64,000 nt of DNA from Candidatus Sumerlaeaceae bacterium. GTDB lineage: Bacteria > Sumerlaeota > Sumerlaeia > Sumerlaeales > Sumerlaeaceae. A model generated the notes under the pieces. The model made no database searches. It saw only the letters and a list, made by a program, of their open reading frames with translations, and was not told the DNA's origin. The translations under genes were made by a program, and so were the position numbers. The stretch is taken from NCBI GenBank assembly GCA_049968255.1, contig JBMFRB010000002.1, positions 256,001 to 320,000 on the forward strand. The letters run 5' to 3'. Within the stretch, counting starts at the first letter, position 1. Every line of letters begins with the position of its first letter. Positions 46,561-55,167 of the stretch are shown here, piece by piece.

Positions 46561-47043
46561 CTACTTCTTGGGCACCTCTGTTTGCGAAAGGGAATGAGGA
46601 TAAGTCGGAGTGGCAAAGAGCGGCACAGTGATTTTCCAGATCATGACTCCCACCAGGATGGCAATGCAATCCGTGATCCAGTCGGCCACTGAGCAAGAAC
46701 GCTCGGGGACAAAAAGTTGATGAAATTCATCGGAAAGGCCGTACGCCGCACCGATGAGGAATGCTCTCATTAATTCTCGCAACGACACGGCGGGCAGTGG
46801 CTTTGTTACTGCCCGCGCGAGCCAGAAACCGAAGGGGGTGTACAGCGACGCATGAACAATCTTATCGGCAAAAGGAATGGTAACCTGGGGATATGCTGAA
46901 CCTGGCAGAGCAGAAAGGATAAAAATAAAAGTCCCCCACAGGAAGGGGGCAACGAATCGCTCTGTGGTCTTTTGAGGCAATACAACAAAAAAACGAGAGA
47001 TGAGGCGCACTCCTGGAATTGACAACAAAGATCTCGTCTGCAT
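46561..47043 (-). CDS. VanZ-family membrane protein
   Basis: DKIVH..LY, YGLSDEFHQLFVPER...DW..D. Confidence 0.85.
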   Translation of the reverse strand: MQTRSLLSIPGVRLISRFFVVLPQKTTERFVAPFLWGTFIFILSALPGSAYPQVTIPFADKIVHASLYTPFGFWLARAVTKPLPAVSLRELMRAFLIGAAYGLSDEFHQLFVPERSCSVADWITDCIAILVGVMIWKITVPLFATPTYPHSLSQTEVPKK

Positions 47044-47060
47044 CCTCTACGTCGGAACTT

Positions 47061-47369
47061 TCAACCTAGGACAGTCTCTTTTGCTTTCTCGTAAATAAGC
47101 TTACCGCCGACTTCGACGCTGTCTACAATGCAAATGATTGCTGCGTCCACAGGCTTGTTGCGGGTTTGTTCGGTGAGCCGTGCGCTGCTCCCTTGAACCA
47201 CGATTACAACGTCGCCTATGCCCGCCCCGATAGCGTCGCACGCGATCACATAGCTTGATGAAAGTTTCATGTCGAGTTGCAGATTCTGGACTACCAGCAG
47301 TTTAAAACCTGTCATTCCCTCATCTTTGTGTGTGGATACGACAGTGCCGACGACTCTTCCCATGAGCAT
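47061..47369 (-). CDS. EutN/CcmL microcompartment vertex (BMC-P) protein
   Basis: GRVVGTVVST.K, DAIGAGIGD.V, GSSAR, PVDAAI..IVD; SD GAGGAG. Confidence 0.93.
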   Translation of the reverse strand: MLMGRVVGTVVSTHKDEGMTGFKLLVVQNLQLDMKLSSSYVIACDAIGAGIGDVVIVVQGSSARLTEQTRNKPVDAAIICIVDSVEVGGKLIYEKAKETVLG

Positions 47370-47404
47370 GGCTAAAAGGTCTCCTCATCTGGCTGGGCTA
47401 ACTT

Positions 47405-47608
47405 TGTGGATAACCTGTGAATTATTGTGAACAGAATCGCGTGCGGACGCAAGAGGACAGCATGTTGCATAACAGAAAACGCTTTGTATGATAAAACATT
47501 GAAAATGGAAATGTTATGCAATTTTGCGGACACAGATCATTTACCCTTGACACCACGAGTTTGCAGCAAATTACGGGCTCTGCAAGGCCTAAGGGCAGCT
47601 GTGGAAAA
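47405..47608. promoter_or_regulatory. DnaA-box cluster
   Basis: TGTGGATAA 47405-47413 (perfect), TGTGAATTA 47416-47424, TGTGAACAG 47426-47434, TGTGGAAAA 47600-47608. Confidence 0.55.
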
Positions 47609-47697
47609 ATCTTCCAACAAAGCCCGTTTTTGCTCAAGTTTCAGATGTGTCCCCATGCTCCACTGGGGCAGGACGACTCCAGAATGCGGGCGCACAA

Positions 47698-48681
47698 TCA
47701 TTTCTTTGGCTCCGCAAGCTTCCAAAGTTGATCGGCTACTTGTTCGAGCTCGGTGCGAATCGCGATCGCCTTTAGCCAACGTTCGGGGATGGCCTGTTCG
47801 CCGAAACGCGCCCCAAGAAAAGTCCCCGCAATTGCTCCAAATGTCGCCGCATCTCCGCCGAGATTCACGGCTCTCACGAGACCTTCTTCGAAATCGATGG
47901 CATTAAGAACGATCCAGTAAGCTGCCTGAGTGAGCGGGATGGCGTCGCCCTGCGTGTCGAGTTCGTCATATTGCAACTTGTTCACGGCTTTGAGTGCCTT
48001 GACCATATCGGTTTCGGGCACTTTCGTTCCGACCATTTGGCGATAATCTTTTGATTCACGCGCTTCCGTAACAAAACGCCACGTTTTGAACAGTAGCTTC
48101 GAGGGATCTTTGCCCGAGGTGAGGTATGACACTCCGAAATTGAACGCAAGGCAGGCATCAATGCAGCGCTGATCGTAGTGGGTGATTCGGCAAAGATTGA
48201 TCGTGTCTATAATCAATTCTTTCGGCGTGAGGCGGCGCAACATTCCGACGGGTGCGACGCGCACCAAGGGCCCGCCCCCAGCAGCATGTTCGGGTATTTC
48301 TTCGGCCACCTTCTGGGCCACTGTGAACAGATCCTTCGCGCGTGGTTTCAGACGGGTGAGCACGGCCTGCGTGATTGGGCCCGCTCCTTGTTTAGCTGTG
48401 GGATGATTTGCGAGAGTGTCGGCCAACGTCTTTGCGACTGCGCGCCAGTCGATTTCCTCCGGCATTTCGAGAAGTGCCTTTGCCACAGCGAGTGCCAATG
48501 CGGTGTCGACGCCGACCTCCCCAGGACGCACGTTGAGGCGTCCCCCCCCGACAACCTCGCGGTGGACTCCGTATTTCGAATAGACCTCTTGGCGCGACAA
48601 ATCATCAACGGTGGCGCCAAGCGCATCCCCGACAGCTGCTCCAACGAGAGCTCCGCGATAGTAGTCCTGAATCGGATCCAT
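47698..48681 (-). CDS. ADP-ribosylglycohydrolase (DraG/ARH) family protein with degenerate active site
   Basis: GAAVGDALG, ITH, AVNLGGD, GA..G..AIP.RW; TDD and DxDT motifs altered. Confidence 0.85.
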   Translation of the reverse strand: MDPIQDYYRGALVGAAVGDALGATVDDLSRQEVYSKYGVHREVVGGGRLNVRPGEVGVDTALALAVAKALLEMPEEIDWRAVAKTLADTLANHPTAKQGAGPITQAVLTRLKPRAKDLFTVAQKVAEEIPEHAAGGGPLVRVAPVGMLRRLTPKELIIDTINLCRITHYDQRCIDACLAFNFGVSYLTSGKDPSKLLFKTWRFVTEARESKDYRQMVGTKVPETDMVKALKAVNKLQYDELDTQGDAIPLTQAAYWIVLNAIDFEEGLVRAVNLGGDAATFGAIAGTFLGARFGEQAIPERWLKAIAIRTELEQVADQLWKLAEPKK

Positions 48682-48751
48682 CTTTTCTACCTTCCACTAG
48701 TGAGCTTTTGCTTATTTTATTAATTTTGAATTTGTTTGCATGCCTTGAACG

Positions 48752-49579
48752 TTAGTATGTGTGCTCGATATCGGGAAACTTTCTCGTACGCACTTCACTG
48801 GCATATTGTTGCACCGCGTTGGTCATTTCTGCCAGCACGTTGGCATAGCATTTAGCAAATTTAGGCGGCCGACCTGCCGTCAGCCCGACAATGTCGCTTA
48901 TCACAAGGACCTGGCCGTCGCACTCAGCGCCCGAACCAATCCCTATGGTGGGAATGTTCAGCTCGTGCGTGATCTGATTAGCAACGGATGGCACAACAGC
49001 TTCGAGGACAATGGCGAAAACACCGGCTTTTTCTAAGAGCTTTGCTTCTTCGAGAAGGAGCGCTGCATCTTCTGGGGTCTTGCCTCGGACCCGATATCCC
49101 CCGAATCTGTGGACAGACTGGGGCAACAGACCGATATGACCGAGCACAGGTATGCCAGCAGCAAGGATTCGCTCGATTGCGGGCAAACTCTCGCGGCACC
49201 CTTCGAGTTTCACTGCTTCAGCTCCGGCCTCTTGAACAAACCGTCCCGCATTGCGCACAGCCTCTGCCGGTGAGGACTGATAGCTGAGGAAAGGCATATC
49301 GGCGATAAGGAACGCGTTTTTTACTCCACGCTGCACGGCGGCAGTGTGATGGAGCATCATTTCCATCGTGACAGGTAGGGTGGTTTCAAAGCCCAGGGCG
49401 ACCATTCCGAGCGAGTCACCGACCAGCACAGCATCGACATCGGCTGCTTCTGCAGCAAGAGCGGTCGGATAATCATGGGCAGTCACCATCACAATGCGCC
49501 GCCCTTGCTCTTTGAATTTGCGGAAATGATAAACTCGCCGTTTGAAGCCTTCCGGAGGTTGTTGGCCGTCGGTTGTCAT
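48752..49579 (-). CDS. panB: 3-methyl-2-oxobutanoate hydroxymethyltransferase
   Basis: LVGDSLGM, ADMPF, AVKLEG, GHIGL.PQ, IGIG.G..CDGQVLV. Confidence 0.96.
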   Translation of the reverse strand: MTTDGQQPPEGFKRRVYHFRKFKEQGRRIVMVTAHDYPTALAAEAADVDAVLVGDSLGMVALGFETTLPVTMEMMLHHTAAVQRGVKNAFLIADMPFLSYQSSPAEAVRNAGRFVQEAGAEAVKLEGCRESLPAIERILAAGIPVLGHIGLLPQSVHRFGGYRVRGKTPEDAALLLEEAKLLEKAGVFAIVLEAVVPSVANQITHELNIPTIGIGSGAECDGQVLVISDIVGLTAGRPPKFAKCYANVLAEMTNAVQQYASEVRTRKFPDIEHTY

Positions 49580-49672
49580 CGTAATTTTGTAAGCACATTG
49601 AATAGCCCCATGTCAACAACATGCGGGCGCAATGTGGTCGCAAACTGCATTACAACACTTTGCTGCAAAATA

Positions 49673-51058
49673 TCACTGAGCGATAGGATCCTGGTCCGAG
49701 GCAGAATCTTCTCTTTGTGGTAATAACCGGCGAGCAAATTCTAAGGCCTGCTCGTGCGTTGCGATCTGTCCCTCAAGTTGGGCGTCCTGCACTGCCGAAA
49801 GGATTTTCCGATAGATTGGGCCCGGCGGAATTTGGAGCTTATCGCGCAGATCATGCCCGGTAATAAGCGGGGGCGGTAAGGTGCGCGCTACGCCACCAGC
49901 GCGCAGTTTATGAAGTTCTGTGCGAGCAAAATAATAGTTGTCGAGCTTGCCATGGCTGGCTTCGCAGTCGGCTTTGTGAAGTTCAAGTTCTTCGGTGATT
50001 GTTGGAGCAGCCAGAAAACGAGCGCGTTTGGCGGGACGCATCTCCTTGATGGAGATGAACATCATGTGGCGACGCACCATCTCGACAACTTGCTCTCGTT
50101 CTGCATTTGAGAATTTTAGGCGGCGGCAGATTTCATCAGTAAGCTCCGCTCCCACCTGATCATGATTTGGAAAGGTAATCCTGTCCCCCACTCGCGTCTG
50201 TGTCACCGGTTTGCCGACGTCATGAAGAAGAGCTGCAAATGCAAGTGTCACCGAGGGGTTTGGTCCAAGTTTTTTAAGCAGAAGTTTCGTGTGGGTCAAG
50301 ACGTCGCCCTCCGGATGATACTCGGGTGGCTGAGCCACGCCTTTCATCCGAGCAACTTCTGGCAAGAGGATCTCCAGAGCGCCAGAATGATCGAGTAGAT
50401 CAAGAAAGCGCGCAGGATCTTTGCCAGTGAAACCTCTGATAAGCTCTTCGCGTATTCGTTCGACACTGAGAGCAGAAAGGTCCCGCACGTGTCTTGAAAG
50501 GGCCGACCACGTTTGCGATTCAATTTCGAAGCCGTGTGTTGCAGCGAATCGCAGTGCGCGCAGAACACGGAGTGCATCTTCCTCGAATCGGGCATCGGCA
50601 TTGCCCACAGTTCGCAGAAGCTTTTTCTCTAAATCTGGGATTCCCCCAACGTGGTCAAAAATCTCATCCGTAAAGGGATTCCAGTAAAGCGCGTTCACGG
50701 TAAAATCACGGCGTTGCGCGTCAGCTTCACGCGTCGAGAATTTCACGGACGACGGATGTCGGTGGTCCGCATAGAGACTTTCACTGCGGTAAGTGGTGAC
50801 TTCTACTCGTTGTCCACCACGCGCAATCAATACAACTCCGAACTCAATCCCGATGGGTTTACAGTTTTCCCCATAGGTTTCGATGAGCTTTTGGGGCACA
50901 GCGTCGGTCGCGATATCGCATTCCTTTGCAGGAATAGCCAGGAGATGGTCGCGTACGCACCCCCCGACGAGGAGTGCTTCGTGACCCGCCTGCGCCAGGT
51001 CGCGCAAGACTTCGATTGCAAGAGACCAATTCGGAGTTGATTCGTGATATTGACACAT
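49673..51058 (-). CDS. cca: CCA-adding tRNA nucleotidyltransferase with HD domain (start uncertain)
   Basis: VGGCVRD, RRDFTVNA, EDALRVLR..RF, ERI.EE, LLHDVGKP. Confidence 0.88.
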   Translation of the reverse strand: MCQYHESTPNWSLAIEVLRDLAQAGHEALLVGGCVRDHLLAIPAKECDIATDAVPQKLIETYGENCKPIGIEFGVVLIARGGQRVEVTTYRSESLYADHRHPSSVKFSTREADAQRRDFTVNALYWNPFTDEIFDHVGGIPDLEKKLLRTVGNADARFEEDALRVLRALRFAATHGFEIESQTWSALSRHVRDLSALSVERIREELIRGFTGKDPARFLDLLDHSGALEILLPEVARMKGVAQPPEYHPEGDVLTHTKLLLKKLGPNPSVTLAFAALLHDVGKPVTQTRVGDRITFPNHDQVGAELTDEICRRLKFSNAEREQVVEMVRRHMMFISIKEMRPAKRARFLAAPTITEELELHKADCEASHGKLDNYYFARTELHKLRAGGVARTLPPPLITGHDLRDKLQIPPGPIYRKILSAVQDAQLEGQIATHEQALEFARRLLPQREDSASDQDPIAQ

Positions 51059-51111
51059 TCTGGCACTCCAATAAGGCTTAAACGACGCCGAATTTACGAG
51101 AGCAAAGGGCC

Positions 51112-52290
51112 GTGGCAACAGTAGAGCATAAAAAAGTTAAAATTGCTTACCTAATTACCAGCCTAGACGTAGGCGGTAGTGAACGACAACTTGTGGCATG
51201 GGTCAAGGGGCTGCCCAAAGATCGGTATGAATGCCATATTTTGTGTCTCTCAGGGTTTGGGCCGCTCGAAGAGGCTGCTCGTCACGCAGGCGCGATACTT
51301 CACGATCTGCGTTATCCTCGAAAGCGGGCGCCCGGGACTATTCGCGGCTCCACGCTACCCGCTGCATTTGCTGCGTGGCTGCGTTTGCTCCTTTTGCTGA
51401 AAAGGCTAAAACCTGATATTCTTCACACGATGATACCAGCGTGCAACGTGCTCGGCGGTGTGGCCGGACGTGTCGCCGGGGTTCGGCGCATGATTTGTAC
51501 CAAGTTGGCGCTTGGGCACTATCGTGACAACAGCCACATTCTTGCTCGCCTGGAAAACATTGTGGATCCATGGTTCAATCTCATACATTGTAAAAGTCGT
51601 GCTATCGCGGAAGATGTTCTGCGGCGCGAGCCAGTGCCGGCGCATAAGTTGCGGTTAGTCTACAACGGGATTGATTTGACGCGGTTTGACAAGTTACCAC
51701 CGCGAGAAATCATGCGAGCGGAGCTCGGGCTTCCAGTGGACGCTATTGTTGTCGGCACCGTTGCGAATCTCATTCCTTATAAGGGCCACAGAGAAATCGT
51801 CGAGGCCGCGGCGTTGCTCGTCCCCAAATTCCCTCAGATGAAGTTCTTGTGGGTTGGGCGCGATGATGGCATAGCGGCATCTCTTTTTGAGCAGGCACAG
51901 CTCCTCGGAGTTGCAGAAAACATTTGTTTCTTGGGACCGCGGCAGGATATCCCACGCGTGTTGGCAGCAGTGGACATGCTAGTGAGCGCTTCGCACGAGG
52001 AAGGATTCTCCAATGTCATCTTGGAAGCAATGGCTGCCGGATTGCCAGTCGTGGCAACGCGCGTTGGTGGCAATCCTGAGGCAGTCGTCGATGGCGAGAC
52101 TGGCTATATCGTGGCGCCTAAGGATCCCACGAGTTTAGCTGCAGCAATTGAAAAACTCGCGGCGGAACCGGATCTTGCCCGAACCATGGGGGAAAAAGGG
52201 CGAGTACGCGTGCGGGCGAATTTCTCCTACGAAGCTATGATCCTCGGCCTGGAGAGGCTCTATGACGAGCTCTTGACCACGATCGCTTGA
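51112..52290 (+). CDS. Glycosyltransferase family 4
   Basis: GGSERQ, YNGID, KGH, EGFSNVILEAMAAGLPVV. Confidence 0.92.
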   Translation: MATVEHKKVKIAYLITSLDVGGSERQLVAWVKGLPKDRYECHILCLSGFGPLEEAARHAGAILHDLRYPRKRAPGTIRGSTLPAAFAAWLRLLLLLKRLKPDILHTMIPACNVLGGVAGRVAGVRRMICTKLALGHYRDNSHILARLENIVDPWFNLIHCKSRAIAEDVLRREPVPAHKLRLVYNGIDLTRFDKLPPREIMRAELGLPVDAIVVGTVANLIPYKGHREIVEAAALLVPKFPQMKFLWVGRDDGIAASLFEQAQLLGVAENICFLGPRQDIPRVLAAVDMLVSASHEEGFSNVILEAMAAGLPVVATRVGGNPEAVVDGETGYIVAPKDPTSLAAAIEKLAAEPDLARTMGEKGRVRVRANFSYEAMILGLERLYDELLTTIA

Positions 52291-52346
52291 GACTAGCAAA
52301 GTCCAAGTGATTCACTGCTTCAGACTTTTTCATTACGGAGGGATTC

Positions 52347-53087
52347 ATGAAAGGCGTCGTTCTGGCGGGCGGGTTGGGAACACGGCTTTATCCTCTTACG
52401 AAGATTACAAATAAACATCTTCTTCCCATCTATGATCAGCCGATGATCTATTACCCCATCCAGCAGCTCGTGAATGCTGGCATACGCGAAATTATGCTGG
52501 TGACTGGGGGATCATTCGCAGGCCACTTTCTCAACCTACTGGAAAATGGCGGGGACTTTGGGTTGCGACGTTTGCACTATGCTTTCCAGCGCGGGGAAGG
52601 GGGGATTGCTGATGCACTGAAACTTGCGGAAGATTTTGTCGACGGCGAGCGATGTGTCGTTATTCTTGGTGATAACATTTTCCAAAACCCAATCGCGCCC
52701 GCTGTTGAAAAATTCCGCAACCAGTCGGAAGGCGCGCGAATTCTTTTGAAAGAGGTGCCCGATCCCCAGCGCTTTGGCGTAGCGGAGCTGCGTGATGGCA
52801 AGGTCATCTCGATCGAGGAAAAACCGGTTCAGCCCAAAAGCAACTACGCCGTGACGGGTGTCTACATGTACGATGCGTATGTGTGGGAGGTCGTGAAGAC
52901 GCTCAAACCTAGCCGGCGAAACGAACTCGAGATTACCGATGTGAACAATGCCTATATTGCACGCGGAACGCTTTGCTACGACATCGTCGAGGGTTGGTGG
53001 ACCGATGCAGGGACCTTCGATAGCCTTCTGCGCGCAAACAGTCTTGTCGCTCAGCAACGCCGTTCGGACGCGGCATTCGCACAATGA
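52347..53087 (+). CDS. Glucose-1-phosphate thymidylyltransferase-like (RmlA/SpsI)
   Basis: LAGGLGTRLYPLT, LGDN, EEKP, ELEITD, WTDAGT. Confidence 0.9.
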   Translation: MKGVVLAGGLGTRLYPLTKITNKHLLPIYDQPMIYYPIQQLVNAGIREIMLVTGGSFAGHFLNLLENGGDFGLRRLHYAFQRGEGGIADALKLAEDFVDGERCVVILGDNIFQNPIAPAVEKFRNQSEGARILLKEVPDPQRFGVAELRDGKVISIEEKPVQPKSNYAVTGVYMYDAYVWEVVKTLKPSRRNELEITDVNNAYIARGTLCYDIVEGWWTDAGTFDSLLRANSLVAQQRRSDAAFAQ

Positions 53088-53116
53088 GGGTAGCGCAACA
53101 AGGAAGGCCATCCACC

Positions 53117-54214
53117 CTACGCGGCGGGCTGGCCCTCCTCTGTTTGACTCATAAGCGCCATCATTTTCTCACGCATTTCGGCCGGGTAATGGCAGCGCTG
53201 CAACGCGATCTCTCCCGTGATAATGCCGCGCTTATAGAGGTTGAGCAGATAGTCGTCGAGCGTGATCATGCCCTGCTTGGCACTCGTTTGAATTGTTGAA
53301 ATGATACGGTTGACCTTTTTCTCGCGGATGAGGTTTGCCACCGCTGGCGTGTTGTGCAAAATTTCGTACGCGGCGACGCGGCCTTTTCCACTGGCACGGG
53401 GCACAAGTGTCTGCGCGATGATGGTACGAAGCGCAACCGAGAGCACTGCACGGATCTGCTCCTGCTGGTTAACGGGGAAGGCGTCAATAATACGGTTGAC
53501 TGTTTCTGAAGCGGACACAGTGTGCAGTGTGGCAAAAACGAGGTGACCTGTTTCTGCAGCGGTGATTGCGGCTTCCATGGTTTCGAGGTCGCGCATTTCG
53601 CCCACGAGGATTACGTCCGGGTCCTGGCGCAACGCCCCGCGTAGCGCATAGGCAAAACTGGGTGTGTCCACGTGGAGCTCGCGATGGGTGACGATGGCTT
53701 TCTTGTGTGGATGAATGTACTCAAGCGGATCTTCGATGGTGATGATGTGGCAGTATCGCTCGGAGTTGATATAATCGATCATCGTGGCCAAGGTCGTCGT
53801 CTTACCGGAACCAGTCGGGCCAGTCACGAGAACAAGTCCGCGGTGTGCATGAAGCACTTCGATAATTGAGTCGCGGGGCAGTCCCAATTGATCGAAGGTC
53901 AAAATCTTCGACGGAATGAGACGCATGACGATTGAGATGTTGCCACGAGCTCGAAAAACTGCGCAGCGGAAACGCGCCAGATCGCTGTAAGCATAGGCGA
54001 AGTCGGCGCTACCTGTTTCCTGAATCATTTGTTGATAGCGTGGCGGGGTGATCTCGCGCATCAAGCGGTCAGAGTCTTCCGGTGTGATGATATGCGGATC
54101 AACCACGTCGAGGATTCCGTGGAGACGCATCACAGGCGGTTTTCCCACCGAAATGTGAAGGTCTGAAGCTTCGCGTTCCACGACGAGCTTTAGCATCTCG
54201 TTCATTTCAAGCAT
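53117..54214 (-). CDS. pilT: Type IV pilus retraction ATPase
   Basis: ASDLH, GPTGSGKTTT, TIEDP, ALRQDPDVILVGEMRD, AAETGHLVFATLHT, ANLIRE. Confidence 0.93.
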   Translation of the reverse strand: MLEMNEMLKLVVEREASDLHISVGKPPVMRLHGILDVVDPHIITPEDSDRLMREITPPRYQQMIQETGSADFAYAYSDLARFRCAVFRARGNISIVMRLIPSKILTFDQLGLPRDSIIEVLHAHRGLVLVTGPTGSGKTTTLATMIDYINSERYCHIITIEDPLEYIHPHKKAIVTHRELHVDTPSFAYALRGALRQDPDVILVGEMRDLETMEAAITAAETGHLVFATLHTVSASETVNRIIDAFPVNQQEQIRAVLSVALRTIIAQTLVPRASGKGRVAAYEILHNTPAVANLIREKKVNRIISTIQTSAKQGMITLDDYLLNLYKRGIITGEIALQRCHYPAEMREKMMALMSQTEEGQPAA

Positions 54215-54351
54215 GGTGGCAAACCCTCTCTCGTCGTTCCTAATTCTGCATGTTTCGTGATGGGATTATGGGGCAGAATATGCCTGCCCCCAACTAAGAA
54301 ATTAGCTTCGACCGCCCTCGGCAATCTCGGCAAGAAGATTCGTAAGCGACG

Positions 54352-55167
54352 TCAGTGAGTGGGTGGTGGCCACTCGGCGCGCGCGAACGCGGTTTTTTCC
54401 AGCCAAATCATAGGCGGCGCGTTTCCAAGAGCTTCGCTGGCGAAGTTGATCCCGTGGGTTCCTTCCTGCGTGCTCCAATAATGCAGCCCCACGCGTTCGC
54501 CTTTTTGATTATAGGCCCAACCGACAAAGATCACGCTGTGCCCAGATTTGTTGTGCCGCCAGATTTGAACGAAATCCCCCGGAACAGCTTCCTCAGGTCG
54601 AATTTTTCTTCCGAAGTGAAAAGCCTCGAAAGCGTCGCCGGGACCTGCCGCATAAAGTTCTTTGCAAAACCATAGCCGCTTGAATTCACGAGGATCTACT
54701 CGTTCAAGTAGCGGACTCACGCCGAGTGCTTCGTAGCATTTGTAGAAAACTTCCAAGGTAAGTCCACAACAGAACGTTCTTGCCTTCGGCTCGCCTTTCA
54801 TAAAGCGACGACCAGCAACGATGACGTCGGTTGTGCATCCGTCATACTCTAACTCCCCTTTCCGCGGCCAGAAGTAATCGTGAAGACCTGTCCGGGGATA
54901 ACTCAGCAGGACTTCCACGACCTTGCGGTTGAAAGTTGGCAGTGTTGTGGACGTAGCAAGTAATGCTTCTTCGTAGCAGAAAGGACGAATTTCGGTTATC
55001 CACTTGGCCGAGGTAAGGCGGTCCTTCGTTTCGATATAGGTGACCGGCGACGAGCAGGGCAGGTCGTTTGCTTTCATGCTTAATTCGACGGCTCCACTTG
55101 TCTCGGCGCAGGCGGCTCTCGAGAAGGCAAGAATAATTACTGCTGTCAAGATTGGGTGCGCAATCAT
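54352..55167 (-). CDS. Exported hypothetical protein, possible NlpC/P60/CHAP-like cysteine hydrolase
   Basis: Signal peptide; TFCCG, PGDFVQIW, GHSVIF. Confidence 0.5.
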   Translation of the reverse strand: MIAHPILTAVIILAFSRAACAETSGAVELSMKANDLPCSSPVTYIETKDRLTSAKWITEIRPFCYEEALLATSTTLPTFNRKVVEVLLSYPRTGLHDYFWPRKGELEYDGCTTDVIVAGRRFMKGEPKARTFCCGLTLEVFYKCYEALGVSPLLERVDPREFKRLWFCKELYAAGPGDAFEAFHFGRKIRPEEAVPGDFVQIWRHNKSGHSVIFVGWAYNQKGERVGLHYWSTQEGTHGINFASEALGNAPPMIWLEKTAFARAEWPPPTH

